Source: Mobula hypostoma
Taxonomy: Eukaryota
DNA: 64,000 bases
Direction of reading: 5' to 3'
Assembly (NCBI RefSeq): GCF_963921235.1
Contig: NC_086097.1
Location: forward strand, 161,326,001-161,390,000
Position 1 is the first letter of the stretch. Each line of letters begins with the position of its first letter. The notes beneath the pieces are model-generated. The model did not search any database. It was not told the DNA's origin and saw only the letters and a program-made list of their open reading frames with translations. Position numbers and translations under genes: made by a program. This document shows, in pieces, positions 26,135 through 38,929 of the stretch.

Positions 26135-27428
26135 AATTCATAGGGATAGGATTTATGAGCATTTGGAAAACCATGGCCTAATTAGGGGGAGCCAGCATGG
26201 CTTTGAGCAGGGCAAGAAGTGTCTTACTAAATTAATTGAGGTATATGACAAGGTGGTGAGGGTGAGTGATGACCGGAGAGCTGTGGATGTTGTGGATTTT
26301 AGTAAGGCACTTGACATGGTCCCAGAAAATTAAGATGCATGGGATTCATGGTGAATTGGCTATTTGTATTCAGAACTAGCTTGCCCATAGAAGTCTGAGG
26401 GTAGTGGACGAAGGGACTCATTCTCACTGGTAGTCTGGAATTAGTGGTGATGTATGGTACATAAACAACTTGGATGAAAAAGTAGATCGGTGGGTTAGTA
26501 AGTTTATCGATAATAAGAAGATTAGCAGTGTTATGGATAGCACAGAAGAGTAGTATAGATTACAGTGGAATACAGATCAGTTGCAGATATGGGTGGGAAA
26601 ATGACAGATGGTGTTTAACCCAGCCAAATGTGAAGTGTTGCACCTTAGTTGAACAAATGTAAAGTGACAGTACACTGTTAAGGTCAAGACCCTTAACAGT
26701 GTTGAGGGGCAGAGGTTCAAGCTCAAACTCAAGCTTGGAGTTCAAGCTCATACCTCTCTGAAATTGGCTACACAGGTTGATAGGGGTGGTTAAGAAAGCA
26801 TTTGACATGCTTGCCTTTATTATTCAAGGCATCGAGGTTAAAAGTCAGGTAGCTATGTTGCAGTTTTATAAAACTCTAGTTACACTGCATCTGGAGTACT
26901 GCATACAGTCCTGGCCACCCAATTATAGGAAGAACGTTGAGGCTTTGGAGAGGGTGCAGAAGAGGTTTATAAGAATGCTGCCTGGATTAGAGGGCATGTG
27001 AATTTGGGCAAAATTGGGTTGTTTTTTCTCTGGAGCAGCAGAGGCTGAAGGGAGATCTGATAGAGGTTTATAAGATTAAGAGAGCCATAGATAGAGTAGA
27101 CAGACAACACATTTTTGCCAGGGTTGAAATGTCTAATATCAGAGGGTGTGCATTTAAAGTGAGAGGGGAATAATTTCAAAGGAGGTGTGAGGGGGAAGTT
27201 TTTTTACACAGAGTCATGAGTGCCTGGGGTGGTGGTAAAGGCAGATACACAGGGACTTCTAAGAGACGTTTAGATAGGCACATGAAAGTGAGGGGAATGG
27301 AAGGATATGGACATTGTGTTGGCAGGAGACATTATTTTAGTTGGTCATTTGATTATTAACTAAACTGGTTTGGCATAACATCATGGGCCGCAGGACGGTT
27401 CCTGGGCTGCACTGTTCTATGTCCTATG
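26135..27428 (+). mobile_element. Degenerate CR1
   Basis: SQHGF, DFSKA.D and LHLEYCIQ motifs plus the 3' UTR tail ctgttctatgtcctatg. Confidence 0.88.
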
Positions 27429-28231
27429 TGTAACCCTCTTACCAGGGCTTGGACACCAATTTGGCTCATTAGCTAACTCTGCTAACAGTCACACGACTCA
27501 GCAGTGAAAAGGCCACCTTTCATAAGCAATAGACATCTAGGGTCAGTATGATTTGGGGATTCAACCAAACAAATACATCAGGATGTTCTGATCAAAGGAA
27601 ACTTGATTTGGGTGAATGCTGTGTAAATACTGCCCATTCACACCTAGTGGTAGTTCAGAAATGACAGATTGTATACCAGTATAGAGTTATAGAGAAAGTA
27701 TATTTACCAATTTTCAACTTTATCAAACAGTTAACAGAGAAAGAAAGAAAAATAAAATGGCTCATTACAATTAAACCAGTCTAAATGTGCACATAAATAT
27801 TGGAGCTCATTTCTGTAGTAGCTCGGTCTATTGCTTTACTCATGGCGCTTGATTCTCATCACTAACTACAGGTAGAACTTCACTTCTTGGAATCCTCCAT
27901 CTCATGAAACACTCCTCGCAATAGGGTCTTCCCTTCAGATGGGATCCTCCAAGTGTCTTCTCTGGTGCTCTTCTCCTCGCACCTCCTGCCAAAAAGCCCC
28001 AAACCAGACTACTGTCCTTCAAAAATCCCTTCCTGCCCGGCTGAAGACCATCTTCTCACCCATCCCACAATCCTGATTGGCTTACACAACATTCCTAAAT
28101 CGGACAACATGTCTCCTTACCTTTAGTCAAAACCTAAACGCTCTTACCAGCAAGTCACACTGCTCTTACGGAAACTGCTAAAATAAAATACCTCACAGCA
28201 GAGCAGTAGAAATCTTAACCAGGGCACTACA
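27429..28231 (-). repeat. 3' LTR of Gypsy-B
   Basis: tgtaaccc...gggcactaca, about 800 bp, a direct repeat of 36159-36935. Confidence 0.92.
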
Positions 28232-28909
28232 TTCACCCCGCACCAAAAATAATCATGTATTCATGACTTTGGAACATATTAAACCATTATTAATACCATC
28301 GTATTCAAATGAATTTCATGATTTGAGGACCCCAATCCATTTGTAAATGCCAGAAACATATTTCACTGTTGGGATGGACATAACACTCTGTTTCCCCAGT
28401 GCATCACATGCCAGCCTATATGGGGGTTTCTTGTCTCTCTGAGACCATCTTATCTCATCTTCAGCTTCTTTAGCCTCAGGCACTCCTTGTAACTGCTCCT
28501 GTTTGCCTGGGGATGCCGCCCCCTGTCTATCATTCATACCTTCTGGCAACTCATGTCCCCCTTACCACCTGACTGAAATCATACTATTCCAGCTAGTTGC
28601 CTTCCTGTTCTCCTCCTGCTGTGCAGAGTTCTCCTACTAGGTGTAGGTTCCATGTCAGGCTCTGGGTCAACCCATACTTCCTGCCCTATGGGCAGAAGGT
28701 GATTCCTATGGAGTATTTTGACAGGAACATTCCCATCCTCTGGTTTCACCCAAAACACTGGCAAATTTGGCATCTGGCTCTTTACTACATAAGGCATAGA
28801 CACCCAACAGTTGGCCAACTTATGCTTTCCTAGTAGCCCCAAATTACTTATTAAAACTCCAGGCATTAGTTGAGGGAACATAATCTTTTGATCATATCTC
28901 CTCTTGTTT

Positions 28910-28990
28910 CACACACAAAATGCTGGAGGAACTCAGCGGGCCAGGTGGGATCCATGGAAAAGAGTATAGTTGACATTTCAGGCCAAGAGG
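28910..28990 (-). mobile_element. Short Penelope terminal-repeat fragment inside Gypsy-B
   Basis: acacacaaaatgctggaggaactcagc...gttgacatttcaggccaagag resembles 10544-10625. Confidence 0.75.
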
Positions 28991-31348
28991 GTTTTACTTG
29001 TAGCAGAAACCACTGCTAGCTCATAAGCTTCTTGCAGTTCTTTCCTCATGTCAGGCACATACTTGAGATACAACTTCTGCAGCAAGTCTTCACTGCTAGT
29101 TCCAAGACAGGTCCATGGGTAATCTCACTTTGCATCCGAACATCAGATAGTTTGGCGAGTAGCCAACAGCTTCATTCTGTGTAAAGTTGTAGCAGTGTAC
29201 CAAATGCCCAATATGCTGACTTCACTTGTTCTTCTTGTTGGCATCCAGGGTTTCAAGCCTGTCTAGCAATGTCCAATTGAACCTTTCAGGCTGAGTGTGA
29301 TATGACGTGGTCCTTGATTTCTTGATTCCATGCATAAGCCGACTCTCAAAATCCCTTCCCTGATCACTGTGTATCCTTACTGAGAAGGCATAATGAACAA
29401 AATACTTCTCCTGTAATAGCTTGGCAACTGTAGATGCTCTCTGATCCTTTGTGGGGAAGGCTGGAGCATATGTGTGTAGTGATCAGTAATGACCAAAGCA
29501 TTTGCAGCATTACTGGAATCAGGCTCTATGGAGAGGAAATCCATACAAACTAAATCAAGTGGCCCCACGCTCTGTAAATGAGATAATGGAGCAATTCTCT
29601 TAGACAGCGTCTCCCTTCAAATACATCGGATGCACAACTTAAAATACTCTTCAACCTCAGGCTTCATTCGGGACCAATAGAGCTGATCTCAGACTTATCT
29701 GTAGGTCTTGTCAAACCCAAAATGACCTGAGTCATCATGAAGTGACTTTAGTACAACCATCTATTATTTCTCAGGCAAAATCAAGGAACGTCGAGGTCTG
29801 TCTGGATGAGACTTGACCATATACAAAACTTCGTTCCTCAACTTCAGTTTGTCCCATTCCCTCATCAATAGGGGTATGGTAGGGTGTTTTGACTTCTCCA
29901 CTTGGGCTATATCCCCTTTGACAACAGATGACCAAAAGGTACCCATGTAAGGGTCATCTCACTGGACTGCTGCCAATTCTGCAGGACTCATGGCAGGCAA
30001 CTGCTTCGTATCCAGAGCGGTCAAGTTGCAATATAATTGTGGAATGGCTAGACTAGAAGCTCCCAAATGATCCAAAGCTCTATCATGCCACTGCTTTACC
30101 TCTGATTTCCCCTCTTGGAAAACTGAAACATTGCTTTAACAGCAGAGGCAGGAATGCCCTCCCACCCTCCGTCCCTTTCCAGCACCTCATGCGAATGTCA
30201 GGACAACACATCCACATCAATGTTCCGACTTCCTGGCCGATATTTAAGGCAGAAATCATAAGCAGACAGCACCGCCAACCAGCGATGACCTGTGGCATCC
30301 AACTTCCCTGAGGTCAGGATATAAGTCGGTTAATTGTTATCAGTCCTCACCTCGAACTTGGCACCATATAGATAGCCACTTAACTTATCCACCACACCCC
30401 ATTTCAATGCCAGAAACTAATTTCTGCCTCAAGTAATTTTGTTCAGATGGTGATAGACTTCGGCTGACGAAAGCAACGGGTCTCAACCCTTTACCTTGGT
30501 CCTGATATAGAACACTGCCTAAGCCCTCATAGCTGGCGTCGGTATGCAGTAATACGGCAACTGGGGGCTTGCAAAGGCCAGCACAGGTACTTTAGCCAGC
30601 AATTCTTGCAACAGCTGAAAGGTTTTTTCACATTCTATATCCCATCTTTCCCCAAAAAGGCTTCGAAGGCCTAAGATAAACCTTGCCTTCTTCTCCTTTC
30701 ATTCTCCTCCCTTTCTTCCTCCATGGCGTGTAACCACAAAGAAGCTGATTCAAAGGATGGCTTGCTCTGGAGTAGTCGTTCACAAATCTCTGGTAGTATC
30801 CACAGAATCCAAGGACTGAGCATAGGGTATTCACAGTCTTTGGCCTTGGCCATGTGGTCACTATCACTATTTTGGACGGATCCGTAGCCACTTTATCTTG
30901 TGAGACTATGTGTCCAACATAGCTGACTGACATCTTACAAAACTGGCACTTCCAGTGACAGTTTTAGCACTTCAAGCTTTCAGGTGGTCTAGCACTTTCA
31001 TTCTCCCGCTCCTCCAGTGTGGACCTGAACACTATGAGATCATCCAAGTACACCATACCTCAAGCAATTTTATATCCCCAACAGTCTTCTCCATGACACG
31101 TTGAAAAGTAGCCAGTGCTCCTGATATGCCCTGGGGCATTCTTTCAAACTGAAAGAATCCAAGTGGACATATGAATGCCGCCTTCTCTTTACCAGCTTCA
31201 CTCATGGGTGTCTGATAATACCCACTCCTTAGATCCAACACACTGAACCATTTTGCTCCACTCAGGCAGGCAAGAGTATCCTTGATCCACTGAATAATAT
31301 ATTGGTCTGGGACTACGTCTATTCCTTGCCTGATAATCCACATACAGT

Positions 31349-32329
31349 GTGTGGGTGGGAGTATTTGCTCATAGGGTGCGTGTGAAGCATCTAGTACAGT
31401 GGTGTTGTAGTGTACTGGTGCTTGTAGTTTGTGCATGCTGCATGCTACATAGTGCTCTCTGCTTACAGCTATTGCTGCTGGCTCGCCTTCTTAATAGAGG
31501 GTTAAAAAAGGAGCCGAGTGTGTAAGCCTCCTCCTGCCAGTACAGAGCCTCTCCAACACCAAGACTCCTGCAGTGCCTCTTTGGGGCCACACTCAGAAAC
31601 TGGGAATCTTACGGCCCCAGGCTAAATCGTAGGGGATCTCGGAGCAGCAGTGGGCCCCAGAGACGTGGCGTGCAGGCCCACCACTGTGTGGACATGCCCT
31701 GGCGCCCGTCAACCACTGTCCCAGCTATGGGCAAATAGCCCCACTGCCTTGTGGTAAGTCTGTTGAGACAAGGCTAAGGGAGCACACCCTGACAGAAAAG
31801 CAATGTGCTGGCGGCGCGCCATAGGCGTGCCTTAACAGACCAAGGACCCGGCAGCCTCCTGTAGCCAAGATGTGGGATCGGTCGTCCTGGGATCACCCTT
31901 GCCACCGGGATTTACCTCATTATGGTGAAGCTAGTGTTACTGGGGATGGCGCACCCCCTGTGGCACTTTAAAATCTTCCTTGCGAAGGTCTCCACCTCTG
32001 ACCATGGTGAACAATACCTGGACCTTACATATTAATGCTTTAAGGAAGTGCAAGATTAGACCCGAGGACCTGGAGGATGTTGCTACTGACCGTACCACGT
32101 GGCAACAACCGTGTAGGGACGGAGTTTGTATTCTGGAGATGGAAAGAACAACCAGAAGACAGCAGAAGAGAGACAGGAGAAATGCAGCCATGGTTTCCAC
32201 CACTACCACATATATGTGTCCCACCTGCAATAGAGCTTGTGGGTTCAGGATAGGACTGTATAGTCATCAACGATCTCACCGTTAAAGGAGTGGACGTCGT
32301 CATCAGATTTCGATGGACAACCAAAGAAG
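31349..32329 (+). mobile_element. Internally deleted (bipartite) RTE-clade LINE derivative
   Basis: 14-bp TSD aatccacatacagt (31335-31348 / 32330-32343), RTE C-terminus DRTTW...CPTCNRACG.RIGLYSHQRSH, (aag)n tail and no RT. Confidence 0.85.
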
Positions 32330-32591
32330 AATCCACATACAGTATATTCAAACCTTCCCATCCTTGTTCCTCACTAACACTGTGGGCGGCGCATAGCAAC
32401 ATCATGACTCAGTGATAATTCCAGCTTCCTTCAGTTTCAGCAGGCACAGCCAAACGAGATCCGCCTCTGAGGGTGCTAACTGTCAAGACCTCTCTCTGAA
32501 TGGGGTGTCATCCATCACTCTAGTGAGGTGAGTACTCTTGGAGCAACCCACATCAAACTCGTCAAACTCATCATTCCTCAATATTTTCAAG

Positions 32592-33291
32592 TGTAGCCCC
32601 CAGTAAGCCCCAGGCTCGTTCAACTCGCCTCCGTCTCGGGGAAGCAGCCCTCGGCCCTGCCAAACTGGGTAATCAAGTTTGTGTGGATGCTGTGTGATTT
32701 ATCCCACTCTGCCAAATAACAGACAATACACCATATGCGATTAAATGATTACAATTTATAGATATTACTGGAACTATGTAGTTAATAGAGATAAAGTAAA
32801 AGGTGCCAAACATATCAAAGTTCAACCCCTTCATGCACAATAGTTGGAGCTCAAGTAACGGGGTCCTCTTTCCACCATTCGATCCCCTCCGACCCCCTCG
32901 ATCCGCCGCCTGGGACCAATCACGGCGGTCGACCAGACGCTCCACACGAGTCTGTCTTCATCTCCTCTCCTCGCTGAAGACCCTGGGCCTCGGACTCCCA
33001 CTCGGGGTCCATCCCGTCGGCCAGCTTACAGCATCATGTCCACTCTCTCTGTCCCCATCGCGCCTTCTGCCCCAAAGCCCGCACAACACAATAGCTTACA
33101 GACACACGAGAAAGAATAACATCTATCCCAATTGGTTCATTCCTCCTCATATCAATAATATAACCCAAACAAGCAGAGAGAGAGGAAACTCCTTATCGCA
33201 GTTATTTCAGAAAAGCCATTTTAATTATAACATAACAAAGAAGCCATTTTGATTAGCTTATGCAGTAACATAAAAGAAGAAACCCCTTACA
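32592..33291 (-). repeat. Solo LTR of a different Gypsy family
   Basis: TG...CA ends (tgtagcccc...ccccttaca) and perfect 4-bp TSD CAAG. Gypsy-B pol is contiguous across it. Strand inferred by analogy. Confidence 0.88.
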
Positions 33292-34279
33292 CAAGCTTGA
33301 ACATCTTCTCAGTTATTTAGCTTTTCCATTCCTCGGGTACTGGGGAGTCACCAAAGTTGAATGAATTTACTGTTAACTTTCCCAATCCAGGAGACTGTCT
33401 CTGGTTTTCTTGCCAGAAAATTAGAAATTACCCTCACAGGAAAAGATCCCAAGTCTAAAAGTAACCTCTCTCTCCGAGGTGTTGCTGACAATCACCGTCA
33501 TCCTGTTTGCGTGGAAAGCCGAAGGTTCCTGCAGTTCAAGTATCACCAGCACTCCAGCAGGCAAGCATGACTCTTCTTCATGATCCTCCAGAGCATCCAC
33601 CGGCACAGCCTCGGCATCTGACATTCTGGGGAATTTGGGGCTCCTGCCACTCTAGCTACTTCCCCAAGACATAACACGACAGGTTTGGTCTGGGTGTACC
33701 ACACAGTTCATCGTTTATGCTTATCAACCTGGTTGGGAGGAACTGGCAGCTTCTCAAAAACCACTCTGAACACCTTGTGAATTGGACAAGGTTTTCAAAA
33801 AATTCTTTCCATTTCTGTCCTTGCATTCTCCCATGAACCTTCTCACATGGGAGTATTTGCTCCCACAATAATGGAAGCTTCACCTTTTTCAGCCGGATTG
33901 GATAGACCCACCCTATTATACCAAGGGTCTCAGCTACTCCAACATCTGCTTCTGAAAACCCCAGTTTCAACGAGGTAACCACCATATAGGTAATCATCAG
34001 AACCCAGGCCCCAAATTTCTAGGGCACTAAGTGGTGCCAATGGTAAATGCGTCAAATACCGGTTGTAAAAAGATCTGCAGAGTAGAATACCTGAGAACCT
34101 GTGTCAAGTATGACTCTAGTATAAATACCCTCAATCCATATGGATACTTCCAAGCTTGGTTCCACTAAACCTTCAGGAATAGGGTTTTGCACTTTAGTGT
34201 TTCCCTTGACACATTGATTGGAATGTGTTCTCTCCCTTACTGGGTCCCTCCGAAGTTTCCTGATTTCCTTTTCTGTTTA

Positions 34280-36020
34280 AGCAACTGCTGGGTTTCTTTC
34301 CGAAGGTTTTCCTATCCTTCTCACTCCCACCAGAAATGTCAATCCTCTCCACAGTAGTAACAGAAAATACTAGTTGCCTTCCTCATTAAACGACCCCTTT
34401 CAGCAACATCCTACAAGTGGGTCAGGTTTTCTGTCGAACTTGTCACACTTGGTGGTAGCACTAGCGGACATCAACCAAGATACCCCGCTTTGCAGGGTTT
34501 TCACTTCATCTGGCAAAATCCCACTTATGTGGCATCAGAGGTTACTTCAGCCATAAAAGCTGCTACCGAGGACATTGCACGACTGGTGGAAACCTCCCAC
34601 TCCCCCACTATATTTTCCTCCTCTCTTACTTCTCTGATCAGCTCAACAAACGAGGGAGGGGGACACATATTGTGAGTAATTTGAATGCTTAAAGCAATCA
34701 TGTCATTTGACAGCGCACCCTTCACAACCTGCTCGATCCTTGATTTATTTCAGTCAGTTGCATGGCTCCTTTATGGCACAAGCAATGCAACTGTCTCTCT
34801 AGCCTGAAAATGTAGGTAGAAAAATTCTCCTCTTCCTACTGGAATGTGTGCCTAAACTTCTTCAAAAGATCAGCTGGGCTGTCCGTCCTGCCAAAAGCAT
34901 TTTCTAATGCTTGCATGTAGTCTACAGATGTGACCCATGGGTTTTCTGCCTTTAGAGACCTAACCACCTCAGCAGCCTGGCCTTTTGACCTCTCTACCAG
35001 TCACTGTTTTTTCGTGGTATCTGAGCACTGTCATTCATCCAGTAACTGATATGTCTGCTCCGGCCAAGCCTCATATTCTTCTTCCCCATTGGGTGTGGGC
35101 TTGACTCCAGAGAACATCTTCAGCCTATGATAGTTTTGGCTCTCTGCAGGTACACTTTGGTACTTATCGACCAGTGATGTAATTGCTGAAATCAGCTCAG
35201 AATTTAAATCAACCACTGAAGGACCCATTAGACCTTTCACAACAGACAACTCCTTTCCCTCACTTCGCAGAAATGAGAACAACTTGTCTTTAAAGTCACC
35301 TCAGCTATATTTCCCCCTTCTCTAAAAAATATAAGACCATAAGACCATAAGATTTAGGAGCAGAAGTAGGCCATTCAGCCCATCAAGTCTGCTCCGCCAT
35401 TCAATCATGGGCTGATCCAATTCTTCCAGTCATCCCCACTCCCTTGCCTTCTCCCCATACCTTTGATGCCCCCCCCCCCGGCTAATCAAGAACCTATCTA
35501 TCTCTGCCTTAAATGCACCCAATAACTTGGCCTCCACAGCCAGTTGTGGCAACAAATTCCACAGATTTACCACCCTCTGACTAAAGTAATTTCTCCGGAT
35601 CTCTGTTCTAAATGGACGTCCTTCAATCCTGAAGTCGTGCCCTCTTGTCCTAGACTCCCCTACCATGGGAAATAATTTTGCCATATCTAATCTGTTCAGG
35701 CCTTTTAACATTTGGAATGTTTCTATGACATCCCCCCTCATTCTCCTGAACTCCAGGAAATACGGACTGCCCATGGCCCCACCTCTCCAGGCTCCCTGAT
35801 CTGACTGGACAGCGCAACTTCAGTTATGTTACTGGTAGCCAGGGCTAACACAACATCCTTGCCAGCTGAGCAGTCAAAGCACCATTCAATCAGCATAACT
35901 TTTCCCAGTACTTTTACAGTAGCAGTTAATTGCAGACTCAAATATCCACTCCGCTCAGAACACAAGCATGACTTGTGGATAGCCACTTTGAATCACACCA
36001 AACCTTAATCCCCACGGCAT
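34280..36020 (-). pseudogene. gag: Gypsy-B gag with PNMA/Ma-like capsid domain
   Basis: NYHRLKMFSGVKPTPNGEEEYEAW.EQ and PPSFVELIREVREEE, with a zinc knuckle remnant at about 34340-34365. Confidence 0.82.
35331..35764 (-). mobile_element. CR1 3' end inserted in Gypsy-B gag
   Basis: (tcttatgg)n tail and ORF LEFRRMRGD...FSQRVVNLWN. Confidence 0.92.
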
Positions 36021-36158
36021 CCGTAATAAAGTACCTTAATTATGACATACCTCATTACCCCCAAACACCAGTTGGCTTAAACGCACAAATAAACCGCTTA
36101 ATCAATCCTTAAACAGCATTCACACAGCATCCAACATCTGGGATGAGTACCCCACAGA

Positions 36159-36935
36159 TATAACCCTCACACCGGGGCTCATACACCAATTTAGCTTCTA
36201 GCTGACTCTAACAGCCACATGATTCAGCAGTGAAAAGGCCACCTTTCATAAGCAATATATGTCTACGGTCAGTGTGATTTGGGGTTCAACCAAACAGGAA
36301 CATCAGGATGTTCTGATTAAAGGAATCTTGATTTGAGCAAAAGTTGTGTAAGTACTGCCCATACACAGTTAGTGGCAGTCGAGAGATGACAGATCGTACA
36401 TTAGTATAGAGTTATAAGGAAAATATCTACCAATTTTCTACTTTATCAAACAGTTAACAAAGAAAGAGAAAGAAAAAGAAAAAGAAAATGGCTCATTACA
36501 GTTAAACCAGTCTAAATGTGCACATAAACATTGGAGCTCATTTCTGTAGTAACTCAGTGTATTGCTTTACTCACGGCATTGAATTCTCATCACCAACTAC
36601 AGGTAGAACTTCATTTCTTGGAATCCTCCATCTCGTGAAACATTCCTCACAATAGGGTCTTCCCTTCAGATGGTATCCTCCAAGTGACTTCTCTGGTGCT
36701 CTTCTCTTCGCACCTCCTGCCAAAAAGCCCCAAACCAGACTACTGTCCTTCAGAAATCCTTTCCTGCCCAGCTGAAGACCATCTTCTCACCAATCCCACA
36801 ATCCTGATTGGCTGACACAACATTCCTAAGTTAGACAACATGGCTCCTTATCTTGAGCAGAAACCAAAACACTCTTACCAGCAGGACATGCTGTTCTTAC
36901 AGAAACTGTTAAAATAAAATACCTCACAGCACAGC
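36159..36935 (-). repeat. 5' LTR of Gypsy-B; its terminal 22 bp are displaced to 40660-40681
   Basis: Direct repeat of 27429-28205. The terminus aaatcttaaccagggcactaca reappears at 40660. Confidence 0.9.
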
Positions 36936-37274
36936 TGGTAGTTCCATGTCATTCATAAGAAAAAGTTGTGTGCCCTGTGCTATTGACTGCAGCCAGCGAA
37001 CAGAGGTTTTATGTATACAAGGTGACTGTAAGCCGGAGCCACAGGTAGAACTTACAGTGGAGGTAGATGGACCTGATGACAGTGGAGGTAGATGATATCT
37101 GATGACAGTGGGGGTGGTGGAGAATTTACCAGTGGAGGTGGTGGAGAATTTACCAGTGGAGGTGTTTTTGGGGTGGGATTTACCTGTTCTGTATGATCTC
37201 CTAAGCTGGGTAAAAGTCTCTGTAATGCTCGTAAACCTGTGTCAGAACTGAAAATGCATGTCTCTTGATTTGTC

Positions 37275-38927
37275 ATGACACTGTCTCAGGCAAAAACCCA
37301 AGCTCAGTCTGGACTACAACCTTTGCCAGATTTATGTGGTAGTTTGTGCAATGCTGGAACCAAAGGGCCCAGAAAGTCACGTCGGCAATGGCGGGTAGAG
37401 AAACATGCTAGTACACCTTTACCTTGTGAAATGCCTGAAAATGCTGTGTCAGATGTTAAGTGGGAAGTGCCAGAAAACATCACCATATTACAACAGTCTG
37501 ATCCTTTGTTAAAGTCTCTGTTAACCAAGGTCTTAACCTCTGCTAATTACACCGCCCAGGTAGGTGGTTCAGTGTATGTCCTTCACAACGGCATCCTTTA
37601 TCAGGGAGAGGAGCCAGGCAACAGGAGGTTAGTGGTGCCAAGTAGTTGCAGGTCACTTATACTACATCTTGCACATACCATTCCCTGGGCAGGACACTTA
37701 GGTCACCATAAGACATACCTCAAGCTGGCCTCTCGGTTCTTTTGGCCTTCAATGTACACTGATGTGCAGACATATTGCAAAACGTGCCCAGAGTGTCAAA
37801 AAACCAGTGCTGTCCGTAAAGCAGACCGAGCACCCCTCCAATCCATGCCAGTGATTACCACCCCATTTAAGCGGATTGCAATGGACATTGTGGGTCCCCT
37901 GGAAAAAAGCTCAGCAGGATATCAGTACATTCTTGTTGTATGTGATTATGCCACACGATTCCCTGAAGCTTTTCCTCTCCGGTCGGTAACCACTCCAAAA
38001 CTGATCAGTGCTCTTGTCCACCTCTTTTCTCACGTAGGCATCCCGGAGGAAATCCTGACCGACCAGAGAACCAACTTTACATCTCGCCTAATGAGCCAGC
38101 TGCATAAGGAGTTGGGCATAACCGCTATCAGGACATCTCCTTATCACCCAGAGGCAGATGGCCTGGTGGAGAGGTTCAACCAAACACTCAAGAGGATACT
38201 CGTAAAGTTTGTATCTGATATAGGGAAGGATTGGGATAAGTGGTTACCCTTTCTGCTCTTTGCCTACGGGGAAGTGCCTCAGGTGTCTACTGGATTCTCC
38301 CCTTTCGAGCTACTCTATAGTTGGCCAGTCCAGCAGTCCCTGGATCTGCTGAAACAGAACTGGAAGAAGGTGGCAGCTAATCCTATAAAGAGGCAAGGTG
38401 TTGTACAATATGTCCTTCAGATGAGGGACCGGTTGGAGCGGTACCGAGAGGAGACCAGACTCAACCTCCTGGAGGCCCAGAAGACTCAAAAGCGATGGTA
38501 TGATCAGCAGGCACACCAGCGTGAGTTCAAACCAGGTCAAAGAGTCTTGTTGCTCCTGCCCTCCTTCTCCAGCAAGCTGCTGGTTAAGTGGCAGGGACCT
38601 TTTGAGGTTATAAGGAGGATGGGGCCTACAACATATGAGATCCTGCATCTGGAGAACGGGAAACAAAAGCAAACTTGCCATGTGAACCTCTTGAAAGCCT
38701 GGGAGGAAAGAAGCAGCCCTCCTTCCATCTCCTCATTACTGGCACACCGGGTGATTGAGGAAGATGACTCTGAAGGTGTAGTGGAAGGCTGGAAACAGCC
38801 TGCCAAGGTGAATCTCTCTCACCTGGATGGTAAGAAGCCAGTTGAATTGCAAGTCATATTCGACATTTTCCCTCAGTTGTTCACACAGAAACCAGGCCAT
38901 ACAGATGTGTTGCAGCATGCCATCTGA
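37275..38927 (+). CDS. pol: Integrase ORF of the Gmr1-like element (HHCC, DDE core, GPY/F)
   Basis: AHTIPWAGHLG...CPECQ, AMDIVGP, LTDQ.TNF, GLVERFN, WQGPFEV and HVNLLK. 550 codons open. Confidence 0.85.
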   Translation: MTLSQAKTQAQSGLQPLPDLCGSLCNAGTKGPRKSRRQWRVEKHASTPLPCEMPENAVSDVKWEVPENITILQQSDPLLKSLLTKVLTSANYTAQVGGSVYVLHNGILYQGEEPGNRRLVVPSSCRSLILHLAHTIPWAGHLGHHKTYLKLASRFFWPSMYTDVQTYCKTCPECQKTSAVRKADRAPLQSMPVITTPFKRIAMDIVGPLEKSSAGYQYILVVCDYATRFPEAFPLRSVTTPKLISALVHLFSHVGIPEEILTDQRTNFTSRLMSQLHKELGITAIRTSPYHPEADGLVERFNQTLKRILVKFVSDIGKDWDKWLPFLLFAYGEVPQVSTGFSPFELLYSWPVQQSLDLLKQNWKKVAANPIKRQGVVQYVLQMRDRLERYREETRLNLLEAQKTQKRWYDQQAHQREFKPGQRVLLLLPSFSSKLLVKWQGPFEVIRRMGPTTYEILHLENGKQKQTCHVNLLKAWEERSSPPSISSLLAHRVIEEDDSEGVVEGWKQPAKVNLSHLDGKKPVELQVIFDIFPQLFTQKPGHTDVLQHAI

Positions 38928-38929
38928 GT

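Larger units (their letters stand above)
28300..34180 (-). pseudogene. pol: Gypsy-B pol remnants (PR-RT-RH-IN), heavily disrupted
   Basis: ILDTGSQ (about 34100), WFSVLDLRSGYYQ...RMPQG (31032-31330), LGFCGYY, PLDLVCMDFL and LHRNHLLP. Confidence 0.88.

Noticed and set aside
32673..33252. ORFs of 90-149 aa
   Set aside because: They lie wholly within a TSD-bounded solo LTR and have no domain signature.
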